Assembly (NCBI GenBank): GCA_951406725.2
Contig: OX597814.1
Coordinates: forward strand, 178,994,001 to 179,058,000
Source: Octopus vulgaris
Lineage: Eukaryota
Direction: 5' to 3'
DNA length: 64,000 nucleotides
The position numbers were made by a program, and so were the translations under genes. Below are positions 1-13,295 of this stretch, piece after piece. The notes beneath the pieces are model-generated. The model was given only the letters and a program-made list of their open reading frames with translations, searched no databases and was not told the DNA's origin. Numbering within the stretch: position 1 is the stretch's first letter; the number at the start of each line of letters is the position of its first letter.

Positions 1-2067
1 ACTCCCCCGGCCGTATATTCTATCTGTCTCTATATCTTCGTCTCTCTGTATGTTTATGTAACTCTCTTTATTTCTCTCTGTACATTACCTGTCATTTTAT
101 TTCTCCCCCAACGTACTCCACATGTAATCACACACGTTTTTGATTTTCAGCAGTGGGAAATAAAGGAAGGATTGAAAATTAGAAACACACATATACTTAC
201 ATACACGCCTAACCACACAGAAACAAGTGTGCAGACGCATGCATGTATAAATGCATGCTTATAAAGATCTCCTCACACGCTCTTATGTATGTGCATACAA
301 TTATGCTCGATGCAGATACAAATATTGTGATGTAGATATACAAACACGCGTTTTCTTCCCTGAACATAGCAGAAAGGTTTGAATGTCTATCATTTCCGCT
401 ATTAACTTTTAGATGATTAGATTTAACCTCGTCTATATACACGTATGTCGGTGTATATAAAGATAAAGAGTTGTGCTCGCGCGTAAGGTGTGGGATATAT
501 GCATTTAATTGATTTTCAATATTGAGGAAATTTCCTTTAAACGCAGTATATTCTCAGCTTTGATGCAGTTGAAATTTCAAGTTCTATAAAAGGAAATAAA
601 TTTTGTTATAAGATGGTTTAGAATTTTGTCGATGAATGTGACGCTCGGTAGTGTTTTATCATCGTTTTATGGATTCAATGTGCCAAAAATCTAATTATGC
701 TGCATACTGTGGCCATACAATGAACTCCAAGTATAATGTGACAATTTGTAAAAGGTGGGGGAACTGTTTGAATATATCATATTTTCAGAATTTATGGGAT
801 TAGTTTAAAACAGATGTAATATGCGTAGAAATATTCACTTTACCTACCAGATTTAATATCTCGCACAAAGTTTGGACGTTTTATGATTTTAGAAGTTCAT
901 AAATTTTGGCAATGTACTTAATTATATTTACATATATTGCAGGAAAATCTCAGGAATATAAACAAACCAAAACTACACGAGTATGTTTGTCATGTCAATA
1001 AATTTTCAATATTTTTAAGAACCATTTCTTGATGGCTTATGATATATATGATAATATATTTTCTTATTTCCTTTACATATATTTTTATCACTTCATTCTT
1101 TTATATCACATATCAATTCGGATGTGATAATTTTTCTCTATATTTTCTTTGAAGCTTATAGGTTATTTAATGTATTTTTAAAAATTTTTTAGCTTTGCAA
1201 ATTTGTTTTCCATTCAATCGCCAATGCGATGATTTGAATAATCTATGGAAGTAAACGACTGTAACACTTAGTAAGTAATAAATTTCAATGCATAAAATAA
1301 AACAGGAAAAATTTTAGCATATAAAGGGAAATATATACATAAAAATAATAATAAATTATATATACCCATACAGATATACTTCACAAATGTTAACAGCTAT
1401 GCAATACTTTATATGACACCGTTTTTATAATGTGATATTATGGGTGTGTGGTTATAATGCATAATCATTCTAGAAGATACACCTAGCATATAGCTAATAC
1501 TGAGAGGCAAACTGTCATATGGCAGCTATTTTCACAGCAAATGCCAAATGTTTCTACTCATGAGAAAGAATGACACTTGTATCTCGCCACCCTATTCGCG
1601 AATATATGAAAACACATAAAATCGTTTTAAATTCAAATCCTTGTATGCTACTTGATGATGGATCTCTCCCTTTGGCTTTTGTTTAAAAAGGACATTCACT
1701 TCACCTTTGTTATTCAACAAAATGTACTTGATCAATCATATTTATAAAGGTATTCCAGCCATGACTTTGTTCATCAGTATGAATAAAAGCATGGCTATCT
1801 GGACTTTTTAGGCGTAGTGTTTACTTGATAACAATATAATCTATTAGGGATTAATTTGAAATAGATTTCTTTGTCATGTCAAGCCATTCAAAATCTCACA
1901 TAGTGGTTAATTCACTGGACGATCTTCTCAATACTCTCACTTAAGAAGGTATTACGATTAACAAACATTACCAAATTGAAACTAATAATCTCTGAATTAA
2001 TATGCTGAATGTAGCTTTGATTCAATAGTTATAGTCAATTCTAAAAAAACTGTTTTCTATCTATCTA

Positions 2068-2146
<79 letters not shown>

Positions 2147-2653
2147 ACATATATATATATAGGCAACAATTTAGATTCAAATGAATATGGTACTTAATTT
2201 AGGTGCACCCGAATTTTGTATGGTGTTATCCATAAAAAAATTGCCGGGTGATTATAATCAAAAAGACCGGATTTAGTTCTATGGAACAGAGACCGGAGAG
2301 TAGGTATTTTACTAGAACTGACAGTACCTTGGGAAGAGAACATCGGCAACGCAGAGGAACGAAAGGAGGAGAGGTATGTAAAGCTAATCGAAGAATGCAG
2401 AGAACAGGGAGGGAATGTCGAATATTATCACCTGGCAGTGGGGGCTAGAGGTTTCATTGAAAAGAAAATGACAACGCTTTTGAAAAGAAGATTTGTTTTT
2501 TTCTATCCCCGAGCTGCGTAAACTAATAAGGAGTGTACAGGAGGCGGTCGAAAAAGCCAGCTTCTATATATGCCTGAAGCGGGAAGACCGAGAAGGGCTT
2601 GAAAATCATAAACACCCCGACGGGAAATAACATTATCAGGTGAGACAAGCTGA

Positions 2654-2856
2654 CTGACAGGTGACGGCCGTTTAGAAAAAGCGCGGGCTAAAACTACGCG
2701 CCTTCACTAGTCAGTTAAGGTGAGTCAGTGTCACATGACAAATTGCTGGGGCTGCCTGCTGACAGGTGACGGTCGTTTAGAAAAAGCGCGGGCTAAAACT
2801 ACGCGCCTTCACTAGTCAGTTAAGGTGAGACAGTGTCACGTGACAACTTGCTGGGG
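2654..2856 (+). repeat. Two-copy tandem duplication (105-nt period) in the Hero 3' UTR
   Basis: ctgacaggtgacgg..gcgcgggctaaaactacgcgccttcactagtcagttaaggtgag..tgctgggg starts at 2654 and again at 2759 with few mismatches. Confidence 0.9.
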
Positions 2857-3036
2857 GCTTGGTGCTGGAGCCTATGTGGAAGGTATTTAAAGGGAGAAAT
2901 TTGAAAAGACAGTCAGTCACCGGCTGACACTCGCTGACGATACATCGAAGAGGCCAGGGAACAGAAGAAAGAAGAAGAAAGAAAACATGCACCCAACACC
3001 AGAGCTGAAGACACCTCCGAAAGGGGGGGGGGCATC

Positions 3037-3100
3037 GCCACGTCAAAACGGTAGAGAAGTAGGGGCCGAAACCGGACGTGGTTCCTCCTGATGATGTCTT
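3037..3100 (+). ncRNA. Candidate permuted hammerhead-like RNA motif in the Hero 3' UTR
   Basis: CGGU-A (3049-3053) pairs with GAA-ACCG (3068-3074). GAG (3054-3056) pairs with CUC (3085-3087), directly before CUGAUGA (3088-3094). Stem II is weak and the strand order is non-canonical. Confidence 0.3.
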
Positions 3101-3419
3101 GAGCTAACTGGATCCTATAAAGGAGCTGTTGTGGTAGCAGACCACGAAACACGGTTGTAATTCCTCGCTTAATTTAAGCAAATATTATCGAATTGAAGGT
3201 TATAATGCGTATATATTGTCTAGTAAACGTACTTATGTGCGTGTATTCGCGTATCTATCCATTCATGTTTACATGCGTATGTACATAGATATATGTATAT
3301 ATATATATGAGTGTGTGTATGTATGTTTGTGTGTGTCTGTGTGAATGAACGTGTGTGTATTTGTGTATATATATATATACATATATATATAGAAATATAT
3401 ATGAACATATATATATACT

Positions 3420-3470
3420 CTTTTAATTGTTTCAGTCATTTGACTGCGGCCATGCTGGAGCACCGCCTTT
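3420..3470 (-). mobile_element. SINE family A 3' tail fragment
   Basis: Reverse complement of the tail aaaggcggtgctccagcatggccgcagtcaaatgactgaaac seen in the longer copies at 25755 and 53270. Confidence 0.85.
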
Positions 3471-3542
3471 ATATATAGACGAAGACAGGTGGTGTACAAA
3501 ATAAACAGATGTATTAATATAACGCTCAGGAAGAGAAAAAGT

Positions 3543-3578
3543 CTTTTACGTTTCGAGCCTACGCTCTTCTACACAAAG
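3543..3578 (-). ncRNA. Minimal hammerhead-like variant (degenerate core)
   Basis: Minus strand reads cttt-GTGTAGAA-gagc gtag gctc-GAAA-C-GT-A-aaag. Stems I and II pair and stem III is the palindrome ACGT, but the CUGANGA box is aberrant. Confidence 0.4.
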
Positions 3579-3711
3579 GGACACAGAGAAAAAAAAGCAA
3601 GGAGAAACAAGGAGAACCTTGTAATCATTCATTTAAGTGCTTAATATATCATCTAATTAAATTATATATATATTTATATATATATATAACATATACCAAC
3701 GGTACACTCGC

Positions 3712-3773
<62 letters not shown>

Positions 3774-3780
3774 GTATATA

Positions 3781-4124
3781 TAGCCGCTCAGTTGAAGTCG
3801 ACTCTCGGTCACTCGTTGGATCAGCGTCCTCCAGTCAGTTCTATCCTTGGCCGCTTCTTTTAGATTGTCTATGTCCATTCCGGTATCACTCTTGATGCTG
3901 TCAAGCCAGCAGGTTCTTTGTCGGCCTCTTCCTCTCTTGCCACTGACCATTCCGAGCATGATGTCCTTCTCCAGGGATTTTCTCCGCATAATATGACCGA
4001 AATATGCCAATCCATGCTTGGTGATCCTAGCTTCTAGCGACATTTTCGGCCTTATCTGCTTAAGAACTTCTCCATTGGTGAGCCTCGCTGTCCATGGAAT
4101 CAGTAAAACTTTTCTCCAACACCA
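3781..4124 (-). mobile_element. RTE-clade (BovB-like) LINE 3' fragment
   Basis: CWRKVLLIPWTARLTNGEVL..SLEARITK..YFGHIMRR.SLEKDIMLG...GKRGRGRQR..WLDSI..W matches the C-terminus of RTE ORFs. It runs into a (TA)n array. Confidence 0.9.
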
Positions 4125-5662
4125 TACGTGTGGGTATGTATGTGTCTTAGTGTGTATACTAACATATATGTACTTACGCAGACCCATATACTTATATATT
4201 TTTGTATATCGTTACACTTAGTTATACATTCATGTGAGTCACATTACATAGTATAAAGATTTAAGTGCATCTGTGTATGTGTGAACTGTCTTTACTATGT
4301 TTTTACATTAAGTATATTACAGATATTGCTGTTTTTATCTACTACTAATTTAAGTTATAACATCTAATATCACCCGAAGTTTACCCACCCCCCCACGTGC
4401 GTTGAGAAACAACTGCGAAGATGGGTGGAATGATTACATAAACATATCTGTGTATATGTTTGTGTATATGTGTATGTATGTATGTATTTATGTATGTGTA
4501 TATGTGTGAGAAGCATCGGTATAAGTAAGTTTGATTTATAAGCAATGCCTTGGTTAGTACCAATTTGTCTCATGTCAGAATTACCTCTACTCATTATGTA
4601 TTGATGAAGGAATTCTAACCAAGAAAGAACAAGTAACTTACTTGGTCGATTGGTATTTGTAGGATCGATATTAGAATATTTATATAAATTTACATTACTT
4701 ACCCTTACAGTTTTTCATTGCAGAATGAAAAACATTTTCCATTATGGAGAGAAAATTCTATCATTTCTGAGGAAATGGTTTTCTTATTATTGTTTATCTT
4801 ATATTATATTCAAGAAAGCTATTTTGCATTCTGTCAACCAAGTGTTTTTCCTATTTAAGAGAAAATATATCAGTTTTACATTTTACAGATAGATTACATA
4901 CGTGTAAGATTCACGTATACATACGTATATTTATGAGTCGTTTTTTTTTTGTGTGTACTGTGTACGTGTGTATGTGTGTGTGTGTGTGTGTGTGTGCGCA
5001 TGCGTGTGGGTGTGAATCGGTGCGTATAGACATAATGTAGATATGTAGGTAGGTAGATAGATAGATAGATAACATCTATATGGTTCCACTTTATTCGAAT
5101 ATATCGAAACATTTTGTTGCTTTTTATTTTATTTAGATCCCTATGTGTCATGCTGAAATTATCCAATTTATTATGTATTCGACGAGCACGAGTCTAAGGT
5201 GACAGAAATGAAAGCATATTGAAATATTGACACCAATTTCGCTATCATTTCTTCTTCTCTTACAAAAACTTATAATGTGAGGGAAATTTTTTTGTTACAT
5301 GTATTTATATAAGATTTAAAAAAAGCATTCCCAAACAAGAAGATACAAAGAAATGTTTATGCATTCTACTAAAAAGTATTGAGTAATCCTTCAGTTACGT
5401 TTTAATGTTTTTATATGTGATTCAGCAGAAGAAGCATTCCTGTACATATACATATAAATATATGTGTTTGATTGTGTGTGTGGGTGTGTGTCTGTACATG
5501 TATGTATGTATGTGTGTATGTATACACACACACATATATATACATATGCATGTATACATGCATATTATTACAAACACATACAAACCTAGACTCACATAAA
5601 CGCACACACACAAGCACAAACACATACACGCACAAACACACACAGGTATATATATATATATA

Positions 5663-5708
5663 TAAACGGCGGTGCATCGGCATGGCCGCCGCTCTGAGCT
5701 GAAACTAG

Positions 5709-5709
<1 letters not shown>
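5663..5709 (+). mobile_element. Isolated 3' tail of the CR1/L2-group LINE
   Basis: ggcggtgcatcggcatggccgccgctctgagctgaaactaga resembles the LINE end at 52767-52809 and lies between TA arrays. Confidence 0.7.
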
Positions 5710-5756
<47 letters not shown>

Positions 5757-6366
5757 CTATATACCTATGCATATTATATATATATGTGTGTATATATATG
5801 TGTGTATATATATATGTATGTGTGAATGTGCGTATGTGAGAGAGTGTGTGTACGTGCGAGTGTGTGTGTAATTATCCTTAGGATATGTTGACAGAATTCA
5901 CGTGGGTTCTCTGTACATGCTATTTATATAACGAATTTAGATTCCTTTATCTGTCAACAATTTTTCAATTTATTACTTTTATAGGAATTTCTAATTATAC
6001 TCATGAAACCAGAAATCGATTGCATATCTATTTTAAATCTATTGCCTAAACTCAACTCTCCAGATCCCAGCTCTCTTGAACGTATCATCTGAAATGAATT
6101 TTCTGATTCGCAATTCTTTTCAGTTGCTATTTGAACAACAGTAAATGTATGAAAACAAATATAATTTTTCGTTCACATCACTTCATATCACTCTTTTTTA
6201 TGGTAATTTTGTTTCCCAATTTTTAATATTACACGAATAGTGCAGAATAATTTCCTAAAATACTTCAGAGTAATCTATGAATATTTAATTAAAAAATCAA
6301 ACATTTCATTCATAGTCATTCAGCATACATTTTCCGAAGATTTTTTGTAACTTTTGAGATATATGA

Positions 6367-6421
<55 letters not shown>

Positions 6422-6547
6422 GCTAGTAGTGGTAGTAGTAGTATTAGAGTAGTAGTAGTGGTGGTGGTGGTGGTGGTGGTAGTAGTATTGGTAGTAGTAT
6501 TGGTAATAGTAGTAGCAGCAACAGCAGCAGCAGTAGTAGTAGTAGTA

Positions 6548-6775
6548 CGTCGACGAGCTGATAGATTCTTTAGCACGCTGGGGTAATTGGCAAAATGTTT
6601 AGCGGCATTTCATCCGTACTTAGGTTCTGAGTTCAAATTCTGATGAGATCAACTTTACCTGTTATCACGTTGGGATCGATCAAATAAGTACCACGTACGC
6701 ACTGTGGTTGATGTAATCGACTAGCACCCTGCCCTACAATTTCAGGCTTTGTGCCTATAGTAGATAGGATTATTA
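6548..6775 (+). mobile_element. SINE family B, diverged copy
   Basis: Homologous to 38132-38365 and 49256-49491 (gagctg..ttagcacgc..gttctgagttcaaattc..taagtacca..gatgtaatcgact). Confidence 0.8.
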
Positions 6776-6829
6776 TAATTCTTATTATTCATATTGACAC
6801 AACGGATTAGAATGATGGAAAAGGAAAAT

Positions 6830-7066
6830 TCTTAACCTCGGGCTACAAGTAGGTTTAGATGCCAAGAACTCCCTAAGTATCCTAGCTGTTCCTAATAACA
6901 CTGTTTTCTGGAACTATACTAAACTGGGTTTTATGCCTATTTTCTATATAGATCTGTTCAAATCTATATTGATAGTTCCTAATGGCCCTATAACTACTAG
7001 GATACATTTTACGCGTACTTCGCATAGTTTCTGTAATTCAATGGCTAGGTCCGGGTACATTGCTGG
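6830..7066 (-). mobile_element. R4/Dong-clade LINE C-terminal fragment (decayed)
   Basis: Minus frame YPDLAIELQKLCEVRVKCILVVIGPLGTI...FQKTVLLGTARILREFL with in-frame stops. Confidence 0.85.
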
Positions 7067-7095
7067 GTTTTTTTCTATCTCTCTCATGTAATAAT

Positions 7096-7485
7096 AATAC
7101 CACAAATTTGCTTGTCAGGTGTTTGATCTTAACTGGTTGAGCATGTCCCTTAGTGGCTTACGATATGTGTATCTCTAATCACGAGCAGAAGTAGTGGGGA
7201 GCATCATAGCCGTGTGTTGAGAGGGATTCTTTGGGGTTTGAAAAATTCACCTCTGGAAATATGGGTGTTTCGTTCAATATTCTTAAACAACACTTATTCA
7301 TGGATCTTTTGAGATGGATGGGTTACTCGACCAGAAGAAATTTCTAACTGGGCTCCACCAGCAAAATCATGTGCTGTTTATCTTGATATGAGATCACCAT
7401 GTCGCGCACATGTGGTTGTGATGCATGTGCCTAGTGTACACTTATGAGAAGGGTAGTCATGATAGGTATACTGGGCTTTGTAAAT
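7096..7485 (+). repeat. Dispersed non-coding repeat family E, partial copy
   Basis: Colinear with 28856-29243 and preceded by a short taataataa run. Confidence 0.85.
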
Positions 7486-8355
7486 TTCTAATATCATAGC
7501 ATTTGGCTTAAGGAGGTTTCCCAGCTTGGCCTTAGTCCCTGAAAAAGCAAAGGAAAGAACACTCGAATAAAAGTGTGTTACTACACGAATCGTTTACGAT
7601 TTAGAATAATAGAAACCTTTTCAAAAAATAAAGAAAATAATGAAATATGTTATTTTCTTAAATAATGATACAGATTTTGAAGCGAGACATTATTTACGAA
7701 ACATTGATTATTGTTAAATGTGAATCACTGACTTAGATTCTCCAAATATATAATTTTAAGTTAGATTTATCTACAATTATACAATTAGAGATTCGGGCAA
7801 AAATATACAGTTGAAAATAATATGCGTATAAGGATTTTGAGAAGGAGTGCGAGGAGGAATACGCGGTGGTGATGGAAGAAGACGTTGATGATAGTGATAA
7901 AGAATATTGGAAGGAGGAGTAGGAGGAGGGGGAGGATAGCATGCAGAGGTGTAGAACATTTATACGACGAGAAACCTGTTATATAATATCCACATGTTGG
8001 ATTGAAAACATCTTATCCAAAATAATAGAAAGTTTGTACAAATATTATAATTAATCGCAACAATACTTGTATAAAGTGAAATATCTTCTGTCATTGAAGA
8101 TAACAGCAAACTGAAAAAACTAGAGTATCAATTGGCAGATAATTATGGGTAAAAATGGAATGCAACAAACAAAATTGTGAAGGGTATAAATCCAAAGTCA
8201 GATTGATGTTACAAAAGGCTATGATAAGGCACTGAATTGAAAGGTCTTTGATCAATGTATCTGAAAGATATCGATAGAATGAAAATAGGCAAAGAAAAGT
8301 TGCAATACTGTATGCGGATCGCAAGAATCAAAGTAGACACAGAACGATTTCGTAC

Positions 8356-8540
<185 letters not shown>

Positions 8541-8685
8541 TTTTTGGGGGCTAATTTTGAAATTAAATCGGCACTTTATATTTACTCCTGGGAAAACTGC
8601 ACAAGTGTGGTGGATTTCGAAAAGTTATAGCATATAGACTCGTGGCATGGTTATTATCGCCTCGTGACTATATGGTAGTCCTTGG

Positions 8686-8769
8686 CTTTCTGCTGAAAAG
8701 GCAACGCCAGTTGTAAATAAATTTATTATATTTACAAAAGTTTGCCGAAACTATGCATTGTCCAGAAAG
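8686..8769 (+). ncRNA. Type I hammerhead ribozyme motif with a G8A core change
   Basis: Stem I ctttctg/cagaaag; core CTGAAAA at 8693-8699; stem II ggcaa/ttgcc with an inner hairpin; GAAA at 8747-8750; near-palindromic stem III ac-tatgcatt-gt; GTC at 8760-8762. Confidence 0.75.
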
Positions 8770-8893
8770 GAGAGGGTAAACGTTTTTATTTCTCTTTCCA
8801 TTTCAGAATTACAACTATTAGTGGTTTGGAGTTTAACTGCTCTTTCTAGTGAGTCGGATGTCCTATTTGGCCATCCCTTATATGTTTGAATAT

Positions 8894-9021
<128 letters not shown>

Positions 9022-9762
9022 CGGTAGTAGAAAAGGGATTTTTAACTGCTATTTCTAAATTCGTTATGTGGTGACGCAATTTGCAGACCGCTAATTATAA
9101 TTATGTTTATTACTATTGAATATTGGTAAAATTTTACCTATAAAGTTTTTTTAACGTACCGATCTAGTTGGTAAAATTATTAATCAATTGATTGATTAAT
9201 TAATTAATTAATGTAATTAATTAATTTTACCCTTTTATTATTAATATATATATAGATATAGAGAGATTTACATACATACGTGCATACATACATACATACA
9301 TACATACATACATACATACATACATACATACATACATACATACATACATACATACATACATGCATATACATGCAGTGGCTCGGAAACGAAAATTGCTTAT
9401 TGGGTGTAAACCCAGATCTAGAATGTTTTACAAACAAAGCTTTATTGTTTTTATTATGTATTTTTGTTGTGTGTTCTTCAAGCTACTTTTTACACATTGT
9501 TTTCTAAACCTGAGAAAAGTAAGGAGGCATGCTAATTTTGATTTTGTACCAAGCAAAACTTTTATGGAGTGACCCTGCAATCCCTTCACCCCCTGTTCCC
9601 GGGACTATGTTTACACCCTTCCTAAGCACATGGTTCCGATTTCAGTTGCATTGCGTGGTAAATTGGGCAATTGTCTTCTACAGTCTATCAATGAGTCTAT
9701 CAATTGAGTCTATCAATGCCTTATGAGTAGATTTGGTTGACAGAAACTGAAAATAGCCCTTC

Positions 9763-9837
<75 letters not shown>

Positions 9838-10364
9838 TGTGTCTGTGTCTGTGTATGTATGTATATATGTATGAACATAGTTAAATGATAACATCATCAA
9901 AATTAATGAATTTTATCAGTGGCCACCATATAAAAACATAAACTTTGATATAAAATTCATATATAGAGATATATAAATGTATAGAATACAATTATAATTA
10001 AGGGCCTCAGAAGCTACCATGTCTATACGCGCTACGTCAACGCCAAATATGTCCTTCTACTATATGATTTCACTTCATAATACACACGTTGAAAACGGGA
10101 AAATTGAACCGACCAAAAATTCATAAGATAATTCCAATAGTTCTGGACTTATCAATTTCTGGATTAGTTTAATAACTTTTCCTTCATTAGCAGATCATAT
10201 AAGGCGAAATAAATTAAAATATTCATACGCACTACGAAATTCGGTGCGTATATATTTGTGAATATTTGTATGTACTTGCTTTTCTGTCGGTATCTTTTAT
10301 CTTTTCTGTCGGTATCTTTTATCTTTAATGTGTTTCAGTCATTTAACCGCGGCCAGGCTGGAGC

Positions 10365-11640
10365 ACTTCCGTAAACCAGTTATCTTTTTCATTGTCTTCA
10401 AAACCCATGAAAGTACTTTCTTTGTTATTTCGGTTTTGTTTACTCTTTGAAAATCATCCATGTACTGTTTTACAGTACTAACCAACGCATATAGACAGGC
10501 GTTATTATGCCAGTATGTGGGTTCATCACACTGTTGTAAATACATATCACCAGCTTCGTTAACAGCTTTTAATACTGTATCTGGCATTTGTTTTTACTTA
10601 CTTTGGTTGAGAATACTCTCACCTCGAGGGAGTCTTACAAAGTGAAAGTTATTTTTTCTCGGAAAATTTCAGCAAAAGTACACTTCACCGGCATATAATC
10701 CTGAGTGCTACTACTACAATAATCGTTGCGGTTGTGCCTGTCGTAGTAGGGGGACAGTGGTCAGTTACTTGAGCCAATAATGTAGTTTGGATGGCAGGCA
10801 CGATGGAATCTATTGGAATGTCGCTAGCTGCGAAATCGAGAATAATGAACAAAAAATTAAGAATAACCTCAACCAGGCAGTATGCACGTGGTGGTCTTGT
10901 ATCATTCACGTAATCACAAAATGATTACCCTCAAGCAGGAGCTAAAATCTGTCAGTGAAAAACTCCAACAACAGAAGAGAATAACCGAGAGAACAATGAA
11001 CAAAAAATTTAACCGCAACCAGGCAGTATGCACATGGTGGTCTTGTATCATTCACGTTTTCGTTTTTGCTTACAGAGTTGGGAAGAAGGTTAATTTTCGA
11101 TTTTTTAAAATAAAGTTACAGTTACTAACTTTCTTTCAATGTTCTACAAATATTGCTTGCTGGCGTAGTTGCTTCACAGTAAAATGATTAAATTCTAAAT
11201 GCAGATCGTTCCAATATGATTTCAATCGATACATATAGCCAACGGCGGGGTTTTGTTTTGCTTTTGCGTAGCAGTTAAATAGATCATTATTCAAATCATA
11301 ACTCCAAGAGAAATGAGTTCTGTTTCTTCTATAGCTACAGCAAGAAAGAATTTCTTTACGTGTTCAGCTTTTGATTTCGTTCTGTTTCTGGATTGTGTTA
11401 TTGTTGATGTTGTGTCCAGCCATGTTGATTGTAGTAACTCTCTGCATGCTAAATTCAAGTTTCAGTCGAAAATCACTGCGATCGTCAATAAAAGGCTCCC
11501 TCAGTTAATTCATCTGAAGACTAACCAGTTATTTAACAAGGCTGATAGTTGTGGCTCCAAAGTAGGAGATAGTATTCATACTATTTTCGATAAATATTCT
11601 CCCACGCCAAATACGCAACTTGACACTTCGAATGTTATGG
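10365..11640 (-). mobile_element. R4/Dong-clade LINE 5' part (Myb-like domain), decayed and internally rearranged
   Basis: Minus frame at about 11140-11335 reads RTHFSWSYDLNNDLFNCYAKAKQNPAVGYMYRLKSYWNDLH..QLRQQA (Myb-like). ORF 10339-10587 has WHNNACLYA..W..KKITGLRK, typical of the pre-RT region. Confidence 0.7.
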
Positions 11641-12481
11641 TGTGTATGTATTACGTATGTATAGATAGATAGATAGAGAGAGAGAGAGAGATAAATAGAT
11701 AGATAGATGGATATATATATATACATACATGCATACATACATATATACATACATACATATATACATACATACATAGGTACATTGATACAAACATACATAC
11801 ATAATGCATACATACATGCATACATACATACATACATACATATATACATACATACATACATAGGTACATAGATACAGACATACATACATACATACATACA
11901 TACATACATACATACATAATGCATACATACATACATACATACATTCCCGATAGCGTGTTAGCATTCTGCTGCACAGCTCATTCATTAACCACCGAACGCA
12001 TAGTTCTAGTTTCATGCTTGCAGTTTCTACCGTGATCACTCTCAGCCCCATTTAAACTGAAAGCAATGTAAATGCCTCAAATTCCCCGACAGAGTATGTA
12101 TTCAAGTGTTGCCCGTAGAATATACATAAAATCCCAATCGCCCCTGAACATTAGGCTAGTGACCTCTCTCTATCCTCTTCTATTCTTTATCTATCTATTC
12201 CCCCACTATACTTTTTATCGGTCCTGTAATGATTGAAGGTATATTAAACCTTATTCGGATGTGAAATCGAAATGCAGATACACTTTTTAAAAATTTTCTG
12301 ACACCCTACATATTTTGTGTTATATTACCCATTCTTTCGCTAAAGAATTTCCTTTACACCACGATAAACATTTTGTCTCACACGCTTACTCGCTCATACC
12401 CAGAGACACAGGTGCATTCTCAAGCAGATACTCCAACTCACGCGTTAACACTTGCATATACATATATTTAATTATATATAT

Positions 12482-12521
<40 letters not shown>

Positions 12522-12600
12522 CATACACACATATATACACATACATACATATAAATATATAGATATATAAATATCTGCATATATGTGTATAATTGCATGC

Positions 12601-12690
<90 letters not shown>

Positions 12691-12822
12691 CTATAAACAA
12701 ATGCGAAGATTTTGTTCTAATATTTGTTTGGGAATGACTTAATCTGAAGTTAGGTGTTGGAGGTGAATCGGCAAAATCACCAATGTGCGATGTTCGCAAT
12801 CTGAAAGGCTACTACTACTACT

Positions 12823-13036
<214 letters not shown>

Positions 13037-13039
<3 letters not shown>

Positions 13040-13295
13040 CCAACGGCAGAAGAATTGGAAGAATTCTGGGGAGAAATATGGTCGGCGAACGAACCACCAA
13101 AAAAAAGGAGTATCAAAATAACAAACTCGGCAATACAGAAAATTGCACTACTGGGCACTGCACACATCCTACGCAGAACACTTTCCATACAATAACCATC
13201 AGAGCATCACAACAAATCACAGCACATACCCAAGGCACACAGAGCTGTGCTCGGTAGTGAAGTGAAAGCACGCTATAAAAATAAAAATAAAACTA

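Larger units (their letters stand above)
2241..3110 (+). mobile_element. Hero-like (RLE-type) non-LTR retrotransposon, 5'-truncated: endonuclease end plus 3' UTR
   Basis: The frame from 2261 (absent from the ORF track) reads KRPDLVLWNRDRRVGILLELTVPWEENIGNAEERKEERYVKLIEECREQGGNVEYYHLAVGARGF, i.e. the RPD..ELTVPWE..K..Y..VG.RGF restriction-like endonuclease motifs. After a 1-nt shift in the T run near 2500 it continues ELRKLIRSVQEAVEKASFYICLKR to TAA at 2628-2630. Confidence 0.85.

Noticed and set aside
780-1280. Cluster of small exon-like segments (e.g. 943-980, 1193-1270)
   Set aside because: No consistent reading frame or recognisable peptide; the 1193-1270 segment has stops in all frames.
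2654-2856. Repeat-spacer-like look of the direct repeats
   Set aside because: Only two long tandem units with no unique spacers, in eukaryotic context; not CRISPR.
3121-3166. HHR-like fold aggag-ctgtt-gtggt/accac-GAAAC..GTA-attcct
   Set aside because: Stems II and III pair, but the CUGANGA box is missing (ctgtt); at best a relic.
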